DNA of 51,723 nucleotides from Chloroflexia bacterium (lineage in GTDB: Bacteria > Chloroflexota > Chloroflexia > QHBQ01 > JADMIH01), in contig JBJMMB010000340.1 in the NCBI GenBank assembly GCA_045805005.1, positions 1 to 51,723 of the forward strand. The letters are read 5' to 3'. Both the position numbers and the translations under genes were made by a program. Below, one piece after another: positions 45,903 through 51,723 of the stretch (position 1 is the first letter of the stretch; the number at the start of each line of letters is the position of its first letter). The notes beneath the pieces are model-generated. The model was not told the origin of the DNA. It made no database searches and saw only the letters and a program-made list of their open reading frames with translations.

Positions 45903-48830
45903 ATGGCGGATGCGATAGTATGGTGGCTTACCCTTGAGGTCTTAGGGATCGCGGCGCTTCCAGTGGCGGGGGTGCTGCTGAGACCGCTGCCGGATAGAGG
46001 GTACGCCGTATCCAAGGTGCTGGGCATATTGCTGGTGGGTTGGCTGGCGTATACGCTGGCGATGATAAAGCTGCTTGGGTTCGGGCGCGGATCGCTCATC
46101 TTATGCACCCTGGTGCTCGCGGGCTTCTCGGGGTGGCTGCTCTACAGGAACAAGCGGGCCCTGCTCGGCGAGCTCTCTGCGCGCTACAGGACGGGCAGGT
46201 TCATCAGATACATTGTCGTCTCGGAGGTGCTGTTCGCCCTGGCGTACACAATCTGGGCCATCGTCAGGGCCTATAACCCCGACATTTTCGCGCAAGAGAA
46301 GTTCATGGACTTCGGCTTCTTGAACGCGATATTGAAGAGCGGGATGTTTCCGCCCAACGACATGTGGTTCGCCGGGCAGTCGATCAACTACTACTACTTC
46401 GGCTACGTGCTGATGGCGGGGATCACGGCCCTGAGCGGCGTGCCAAGCCAGGTGGCTTTCAACCTCGCCAACGTAACCCTATTCGCGCTCACCGCTCTCG
46501 CTGCGTTCGGCTTCGCATACAACCTGGTGGCGAGCAGCCTGGGTCGCTACGCGGGCGTGAGAGCGACCCAGGCCGCGACCAGGGTGCTCACTTCCGTGCC
46601 GAGGAAGAAGGCAAATAGTCAGGGGTCGGGGGTCGGGGATCGGGGGTCGGTACCGGTTGGGCGAAAATCGGGTGCGGCGGATACGCCAGTTGGCTCGGTT
46701 AGGCGCTCCACAGCAGCGGAGACGCCCGTGGCTTCGGTAACCGGCTCCGTCGCCGTGCTGGACAAGAAGCAGGCCAAAGCTCCCGCCAGGCAGGGCAACG
46801 GGCGAGAACCGGGGCCTATGACGGAGGTACCGCTAGAGGCCCGGCAAGGGGCGTCCACCGGACCTGCTTACGAGCCGGTAGATTTCTTGTCTGACGAGGC
46901 GCCGCGCGTGCCGTTCTTCCTGTCACCCTACATTTACGCCATACTCGCCGCGCTCATGGTGGTGGCGATGGGCAACCTTACCACGATGTTTGCCGTGAAA
47001 GACCCCTCGCAGGCGTCGACAGCGAACGGCTGGCGATATTGCTTCAACTGCCAGACGCCCAGCACTTTCAACTGGTGGAACCCTTCGCGTGTGGTCCAGG
47101 ACTACCGGACCACGCAGGCACCCGGCCAGCCTGCCCAGAAGGAGACGGTGGGCTACGAGACGATCAACGAGTTCCCGGCCTTCTCATTTCTGCTGGCCGA
47201 CATGCACCCCCACGTACTCGCACTGCCCGTGGTTATTCTCACGCTGACCCTTGCCTACGGGCTCGCCCGGCGCAAAGTGCTGCGGGCCACTAGCTGGCTC
47301 GATGGCCTCCCGCGGGGCTTTGAGGCGTGGGTAGCCATCGTGATTACAGCGATCGCGGTGGGCTCCCTGTACGCGACGAACACCTGGGACTTCCCGACCT
47401 ACCTGCTCGTCGTGCTGGCAGGGCTTGGACTGCCTTACCTCGCGGCCGAGGGCGGGTGGCGGCGCTTCTTGCCCTGGATCGTGCAGTCGGGGCTGGTCGT
47501 CGTGCTGAGCGTTGTGTCGTTCGCGCTTTTCTACCTGACGTTCAAGGCCCCGCTCTTAGGCGAGCCCGGGCCGATACCGGAGAACCTTGCCAGGCTGCCA
47601 ATCGTGCGTGGGCTCCTTCAGAAGCTGAGCGCCCTGCTCATAATCAACACAGCGGACAAGACCATCCTTGGCTTCATGGTGATCTTCGGGATCTTCCTGC
47701 TGGCCATCGTCGTATGGATTCTCTACGAGTTCATCGCTCCTGTTTTGAGCCGGTGGAGCAGCGGCGAGGCCCCTGGGCGCGGCCTGGCCTGGCTGGGCGG
47801 CATCGTCCTCGTTATCGAGGCGCTCGCCCTGCTGACCCGGTTCCCGCTACTGGCCTTCCTGGGGCCGCTGGTGGTGCTGTCCGTCTACTTGATCTGGACG
47901 ACACCGGGCGCAATCGAGCGCAACCTGGCGCTGGCGATGTTCGCGATCGGGGGGACCATCGGCGTGGCGGTGGAGGTTGTGTTCCTGCGCGACAACTTCC
48001 AGATGAGGATGAATACCCTCTTCAAGTTCTACTACCAGATCTGGATACTGTGGGCGCTGGTGGCCGCATACGCAGTGTGGAGGGTATTGTACGCGGCGTT
48101 CAGAGTAGTCGAGGAACGCGACTCGCGTGGGCGGGCGGTGGTTACCTCCGGACCGCTGGGCGCGAAGGTTGGAGCGGCAACCTGGGCCGGGGTCTTCGGG
48201 CTGCTCGTGCTGTCGGGGCTGATGTATTCTTACTTCGGGCCGATGAGCAGGCAGGTCGGACAGCAGCCGGTGTTCAGGGGCCTGGACGGCTCGACCCACT
48301 TCATAGGGAGCTCGCCCGGCGACTACGACGCGATCTACTGGCTGAAGGAGCACGCGGGCGGCTCTGACGTGGTGCTGGAGTGCTGCAGCACGGAGTACGA
48401 GACCCACGCGGGGCGCATGTCGGCCTTCACGGGCGTGCCCACGCTGCTGGCCTGGGACAACTCGCACGAGGCGCTCTGGCGCAGCAGCCAGCCGGCCCTT
48501 GCGGCTGAGATTCCGGTGCGGAGGAACATGGTGAACTCCATCTACCAGGGGGTTGACCCGACCAGCCACGCCCCGCTGACCGCGCAGCGCTTGCTGGAGT
48601 TGCTTCGCCAGTACAAGGTGACTTACGTTACGGTGGGGGCGTCGGAGCGGAACGAGGCGGGCGCGCAGGAGAGGAACCCCAACGAGCTGCTCAAGCCGGA
48701 AGCAGAGGCCATCTTCAAGGAAGCCCTGGCCCCGGCCTTCACCTCCGGCTCCACGGTGGTGTATAAGGTGCCTCCCGCCGTGGGCGGCACAGGGCAGACC
48801 AACCCCTCGGGGCCGGTAGCCCATCCATAG
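45903..48830 (+). CDS. DUF2298 'YYY' family polytopic membrane protein (paralog of the central part of the 2197-aa protein)
   Basis: The ORF track gives 45882..48830, but ATG 45882 lies inside the hairpin arm and has no SD. ATG 45903 (MADAIVWWLTLEVLGIAALP) follows GAGGGG (45893-45898). Motifs: LPDRGYAVSKV, SINYYYFGYV, FPAFSFLLADMHPHVLALP, MNTLFKFYYQIWILW, LRQYKVTYVTVGASE. Confidence 0.85.
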   Translation: MADAIVWWLTLEVLGIAALPVAGVLLRPLPDRGYAVSKVLGILLVGWLAYTLAMIKLLGFGRGSLILCTLVLAGFSGWLLYRNKRALLGELSARYRTGRFIRYIVVSEVLFALAYTIWAIVRAYNPDIFAQEKFMDFGFLNAILKSGMFPPNDMWFAGQSINYYYFGYVLMAGITALSGVPSQVAFNLANVTLFALTALAAFGFAYNLVASSLGRYAGVRATQAATRVLTSVPRKKANSQGSGVGDRGSVPVGRKSGAADTPVGSVRRSTAAETPVASVTGSVAVLDKKQAKAPARQGNGREPGPMTEVPLEARQGASTGPAYEPVDFLSDEAPRVPFFLSPYIYAILAALMVVAMGNLTTMFAVKDPSQASTANGWRYCFNCQTPSTFNWWNPSRVVQDYRTTQAPGQPAQKETVGYETINEFPAFSFLLADMHPHVLALPVVILTLTLAYGLARRKVLRATSWLDGLPRGFEAWVAIVITAIAVGSLYATNTWDFPTYLLVVLAGLGLPYLAAEGGWRRFLPWIVQSGLVVVLSVVSFALFYLTFKAPLLGEPGPIPENLARLPIVRGLLQKLSALLIINTADKTILGFMVIFGIFLLAIVVWILYEFIAPVLSRWSSGEAPGRGLAWLGGIVLVIEALALLTRFPLLAFLGPLVVLSVYLIWTTPGAIERNLALAMFAIGGTIGVAVEVVFLRDNFQMRMNTLFKFYYQIWILWALVAAYAVWRVLYAAFRVVEERDSRGRAVVTSGPLGAKVGAATWAGVFGLLVLSGLMYSYFGPMSRQVGQQPVFRGLDGSTHFIGSSPGDYDAIYWLKEHAGGSDVVLECCSTEYETHAGRMSAFTGVPTLLAWDNSHEALWRSSQPALAAEIPVRRNMVNSIYQGVDPTSHAPLTAQRLLELLRQYKVTYVTVGASERNEAGAQERNPNELLKPEAEAIFKEALAPAFTSGSTVVYKVPPAVGGTGQTNPSGPVAHP
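46619..46653 (+). repeat. in-frame heptamer array TCGGGGG-type (5 units, 3 good) inside the DUF2298 gene
   Basis: TCAGGGG TCGGGGG TCGGGGA TCGGGGG TCGGTAC, translated as SQGSGVGDRGSV within a low-complexity insert. The first 19 nt are the reverse complement of 5211-5229. Confidence 0.75.
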
Positions 48831-48875
48831 GCTCTATCCCCGAATTCCGGATAGGGCGGGAGGGACAGAGAGCCC

Positions 48876-50639
48876 CTAGCTGCCTGTCTTGAGGGAAATC
48901 ATAGGGCGGACGCCCGACCTGGGGATGGGCTTGTCGTAGCCTGGGTGGTGGCTGTTGGCCCGCTCCCACTGCTTTTCGAGAGCGCGGTTGGAGACGCCCT
49001 CCTCGATGTGCGACCAGGGAAATAGTTCGTCTAAGGGGCGGGCGCGGGTGTAGAAGTCCTCTGTCAGGCCGGTGGCGGCCAGGGCGCGGGTCCACTGGTT
49101 GTAGTTCACGTCTTCAACCAGTGCGATCGCCTCGGCCAGCCTGCGGTCGCCCCTGGAAAGCACCCCCTGGACGCGCAGCCAGCGAGGGGAGTCGATTTTG
49201 AAGACCACACCCTTCTGGCGCAGGGTCTTCGCCAGGTAGCGCGAGCGATCCTCTATTACCTGGAGTGGGTATTGCTCGGCCCACTGGAAGGGGGTGTGGC
49301 TCTTCGGCACGTGGGGGGTGACGCTCCCTTGCACCTCGGCGCCCGGCACATATTTCTCCAGCCGGGCCTTGGCCTTGAGGGTGAGGGCCGCGATGGCCTC
49401 CACATCCTCCATTTCCTCCCCCGGCAGGCCGATCATGAAGTACAGCTTGATCGCCTGCCCACCGTGCCTGCCCACCAGGTCAACGCACTCCAGGATCTGG
49501 TCTTCGGTGAGGTTCTTGTTTACGACCTCGCGCATGCGCTGGGAGCCGCCTTCGGGGGCGAAGGTGATCGTGCGCGTGCCCGTCTCGATAAGGGCCGTGA
49601 GGATGGCGGGGGAGATCGAATCCGCCCGCATCGAGGCGAGCGACATCTTGCCCCCCATCGCCTTGATCTCGGTCACGAGCTCATCTATGGCGTGGTAGTC
49701 GGAGACGGAAGCGCCCATCAGGCCGATTTTGTCGCGGTGCTCCAGCCCACGCCGGGCCTGCTCGACCACGCTCTCCAGCGTGCGCTCGCGCTGGGGCATG
49801 AAGCCATAGGAGGCCAGGCAGAAGCGGCAGCCGCGGGCGCAGCCGCGGGCCACCTCGATCAGGTATGAGGAGCCGAACTCGGTGTCCTGCGTGAGGACCA
49901 CCGAATTAGTCTCGAAGTCGTTGAGGTTGCGCACGCGTTGTTTAACAACCGGTAGAGCCTTGTCCGGCTCGGGGTGGCGGCCGTTTGGTGAGAGGCGGTT
50001 GAAGACGCCGCTGGGGAGGTAATCAAGGTCGTAGAAGGCGGGGACGTAGAGCCCCTGGTGGAGGGCTATGCCGCGCAGCAGGCGCTCGCGGTCGTGGAAG
50101 CCGTGCTCTCGTAGCTCCGCGATGAGGGGCGGGACCGTGACTTCGCCCTCTCCCACAACCGCCACATCAAGGAACGGAGCGACCGGCTCCGGGTTATCTA
50201 TCATGCAGGCCCCGCCCGCGATAATCAGGGGGTGACTCTCGTCGCGGTCCCTGGCGAAGAGGGGGATGCCCGACATGCGGAGGATTTGCAGCATGTGAAA
50301 GTAGTCGAGCTCGTAGGAAACCGAGAAGGCAACCACCGCGTAATCGCGCAAGGGCCGTCCGGACTCCAGGCCAAAGATGCCTGACGCGGGGTTGCGGCGG
50401 TTGCCGGGCCACTCGATGCGGTAGTCGGTGTCGGGCAGGAAGGCGCGCTCGCACACGATATCGGGCTGGTCATTGAAGAGCTTGTATATGGTCTGGAAGC
50501 CAAGGGACGACATGGCCACGTAGTAGGTGTTGGGGTAGACGAGGGCCACGGGGATGCGCCCGCCCCAGTCCTTGCGGATCGTGCCCCGCTCCTGGGCCAG
50601 GCGTTTCTTCAGATCGACCATCTTGCCGGCTTTCGCCAT
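48876..50639 (-). CDS. B12-binding-domain radical SAM protein (TIGR03960-like uncharacterized rSAM family)
   Basis: The ORF track gives 48876..50693. I prefer ATG 50639 (MAKAGKMVDLKKRLAQERGTIRKDWGGRIPVALVYPNTYYVAMSSLGFQTIY), which is preceded by AAGGAA. Radical SAM Cys motif: CARGCRFCLASY. Confidence 0.82.
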   Translation of the reverse strand: MAKAGKMVDLKKRLAQERGTIRKDWGGRIPVALVYPNTYYVAMSSLGFQTIYKLFNDQPDIVCERAFLPDTDYRIEWPGNRRNPASGIFGLESGRPLRDYAVVAFSVSYELDYFHMLQILRMSGIPLFARDRDESHPLIIAGGACMIDNPEPVAPFLDVAVVGEGEVTVPPLIAELREHGFHDRERLLRGIALHQGLYVPAFYDLDYLPSGVFNRLSPNGRHPEPDKALPVVKQRVRNLNDFETNSVVLTQDTEFGSSYLIEVARGCARGCRFCLASYGFMPQRERTLESVVEQARRGLEHRDKIGLMGASVSDYHAIDELVTEIKAMGGKMSLASMRADSISPAILTALIETGTRTITFAPEGGSQRMREVVNKNLTEDQILECVDLVGRHGGQAIKLYFMIGLPGEEMEDVEAIAALTLKAKARLEKYVPGAEVQGSVTPHVPKSHTPFQWAEQYPLQVIEDRSRYLAKTLRQKGVVFKIDSPRWLRVQGVLSRGDRRLAEAIALVEDVNYNQWTRALAATGLTEDFYTRARPLDELFPWSHIEEGVSNRALEKQWERANSHHPGYDKPIPRSGVRPMISLKTGS

Positions 50640-50684
50640 GCGGTGAGTTCCTTTCACAATAAAGGCAATCAATTGGATTGCGAT

Positions 50685-50704
50685 GGAGTGCAACGGAGTG
50701 CAAC
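50685..50704. repeat. perfect tandem 10-mer GGAGTGCAAC x2 at the predicted 5' end of the radical SAM transcript
   Basis: 50685-50694 and 50695-50704 are identical. The adjacent hairpin GCAATC-AATTG-GATTGC lies at 50665-50681. Confidence 0.8.
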
Positions 50705-50710
50705 CGTCTC

Positions 50711-50740
50711 ATTATAACAGAGGGGCAGGTCCGAGCGCAA
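50711..50740 (-). promoter_or_regulatory. sigma70-like promoter TTGCGC-18-TATAAT (minus strand) for the radical SAM gene
   Basis: Reverse complement of 50735-50740 is TTGCGC and of 50711-50716 is TATAAT, with an 18-nt spacer. It is back-to-back with the plus-strand promoter at 50756. Confidence 0.5.
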
Positions 50741-50755
50741 AAAATAAGGAGGCGC

Positions 50756-50784
50756 TTGACACTGCACGGCACTTTCTCTATAAT
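50756..50784 (+). promoter_or_regulatory. perfect consensus sigma70 promoter TTGACA-17-TATAAT
   Basis: TTGACA at 50756-50761, 17-nt spacer, TATAAT at 50779-50784. The next plus-strand gene starts only at 51105. Confidence 0.7.
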
Positions 50785-50790
50785 GCCGCT

Positions 50791-51104
50791 AATCCACCCC
50801 TATCGTCTTTTTTACACGCTCTACCGGGAGTTGGGAAGCGGCACAGCCGGCAACCTGAACCGGAGGGCCAGACAAGATCGACTAGAATGGGAGGTGACAA
50901 GCCCTACATTTGAATACCGGTGCCTCGGCCGACGGCCTGCTCCCCTGGGTTTGGGCCGCCCAAATGGTGCGCGTTTGAGCGCGCTCGCGGACGCGAATAC
51001 ACGCTGGGCAATTTGCGCGTATGGCCGGAATCATCAAGCCCGAGCACAACTGACATTTTAGTAGGGCGCCGCTTGTAGCGCCCAGTGGAGGAGAGTTTCC
51101 AGAT
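50791..51104 (+). other. long GC-rich 5' leader or candidate structured RNA between the consensus promoter and the binding-protein gene
   Basis: About 310 nt with no credible ORF. Local hairpins include TTTGGG-CCG-CCCAAA at 50950-50964 and GGGCGC-CGCTTGTA-GCGCCC at 51064-51083, the latter just before the SD GGAGGAG (51088-51094). Confidence 0.45.
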
Positions 51105-51723
51105 ATGAGATCTTCTAAACGAGGTTTCACCCTACTTGCGATCATGGTGGTCCTCAGCATGCTGCTGACCGCCTGTGGGGGCACAGAAGCCACCCCGACC
51201 GTGGTCCCCGCGGCAACGGACACGCCTGCCGCGGCCGAACCGACCGCCGCCGCTACCGCCGCAGCCACGGCCGCGACCAGCGGGGGCGACACAATCAAGA
51301 TAGCGGTCGATCTGCCGGTGTCGGGCGGCGACGCATCCGATGGCATACCGACCCGCAACGGCATGCAACTCGCCATCGACCAGGCTAACAAGGCCGGTGG
51401 GGTCACCGTCGCGGGCAAGCAGTATAAGTTGGAGATGTACGCGCTCGATGACGTACCCCCAGGCGGCCAGGCTCACGACCCCGCCCAGGGCGCCAAGAAC
51501 GCCGATACCTTCATCGCTGACCCAGCGGTCATGGTGATGCTTGGCCCCTTCAACAGCAGCGTGGCCAAGGCCATGATGCCCAAGCTCAACACCGCCGGGC
51601 TGTGTAACATCAGCCCTGCCAACACTAACGAAACCCTTACGAAGCCTGAGTTCGGGGCGACTAAGGACCTCCGGCCCACCGGTAATGTTACCTACTTCCG
51701 CGTCGTGACGACGGATGACATCC
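51105..51723 (+). CDS. lipoprotein-type periplasmic binding protein, LivK/Peripla_BP_6-like (branched-chain amino-acid ABC transporter family), N-terminal part only
   Basis: Missing from the ORF track because it runs off the right edge. ATG 51105 follows GGAGGAG. Hand translation: MRSSKRGFTLLAIMVVLSMLLTACGGTEATP...GDTIKIAVDLPVSGGDASDGIPTRNGMQLAIDQANKAGGVTVAGKQYKLEMYALDD...MLGPFNSSVAKAMMPKLNTAGLCNISPANTNETLT. Lipobox: LLTAC. Confidence 0.8.
   Translation, partial: MRSSKRGFTLLAIMVVLSMLLTACGGTEATPTVVPAATDTPAAAEPTAAATAAATAATSGGDTIKIAVDLPVSGGDASDGIPTRNGMQLAIDQANKAGGVTVAGKQYKLEMYALDDVPPGGQAHDPAQGAKNADTFIADPAVMVMLGPFNSSVAKAMMPKLNTAGLCNISPANTNETLTKPEFGATKDLRPTGNVTYFRVVTTDDI

Noticed and set aside
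48834-48854. Hairpin CTATCC-(9 nt)-GGATAG between the convergent DUF2298 and radical SAM genes as a bidirectional terminator.
   Set aside because: The stem is only 6 bp, the loop is large and there is no U-tract. This is not distinguishable from chance.
50887-51053. Leader-peptide attenuation through the mini-ORFs MGGDKPYI, MVRV and MAGIIKPEHN.
   Set aside because: None has a Shine-Dalgarno sequence. They are very short, and no terminator/antiterminator alternative is obvious. Such mini-ORFs are expected by chance in 300 nt.
50791-51104. T-box leader or c-di-GMP-I (GEMM) riboswitch upstream of the binding-protein gene.
   Set aside because: CAAAUGGUGCGCG only loosely resembles the T-box core AGGGUGGUACCGCG. 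GCACAGCCGGCAACC / GGGAGGUGACAAGCCC only loosely resembles the GEMM-I boxes CGCACAGGGCAAACC / GGGACGCAAAGCC. The required helices are not evident by eye, so I kept it as an unclassified leader only.
1-51723. tRNA, rRNA, tmRNA, RNase P or SRP RNA genes, and mobile-element hallmarks (transposase, integrase, long terminal inverted repeats).
   Set aside because: Scanning the intergenic regions showed no GTTCGAATC-type T-loops, no conserved RNase P or SRP boxes, and no transposase- or integrase-like ORFs.

Overview
GC-rich bacterial chromosomal segment with about 30 protein genes. I see no rRNA, tRNA, CRISPR array, transposase or integrase. The gene content looks Chloroflexota-like, but that is inference only: two DUF2298 'YYY' membrane proteins, a DUF2723 protein, an SLH-anchored amidase, a TrxR-type ferredoxin-NADP reductase and a MoxR/VWA operon. 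Left to right the window holds the following. (1) A DUF2723 GT-C protein, partial, minus strand, absent from the ORF track. (2) A 1048-aa surface protein with SpoIID-, PA14-, dockerin- and cohesin-like parts. (3) A BNR/Asp-box protein. (4) A Wzm/Wzt-type ABC-2 glycan exporter. (5) A pepA plus FNR operon. (6) An SLH-domain muramoyl-alanine amidase. (7) A 7Fe-type ferredoxin. (8) A leucine-catabolic liuB-liuC-liuD-liuE block, followed by accC, a BCCP-like protein and a catalytic-subunit-only methylmalonyl-CoA mutase. (9) A minus-strand operon of DUF4175-like membrane protein, MoxR, BatA_N/VWA and double-VWA, abutting pxpA and a fused pxpB-pxpC. (10) cutA-tatA, an FTR1 permease and a Nudix hydrolase. 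(11) A 2197-aa GT-C + DUF2298 + TPR giant and a 982-aa DUF2298 paralog. (12) A B12-type radical SAM protein. (13) The start of a LivK-like binding protein, partial, plus strand, absent from the track. The most unusual content is non-coding. First, a family of inverted heptanucleotide tandem-repeat arrays sits at gene junctions; two copies lie inside coding sequence. Second, a composite dispersed repeat lies just upstream of two promoters in matching orientation. Third, many sigma70-like promoters have exact 17-nt spacing. Fourth, a consensus promoter is followed by a roughly 310-nt untranslated leader upstream of the binding-protein gene. All homology calls come from motif recognition by eye; no searches were run.
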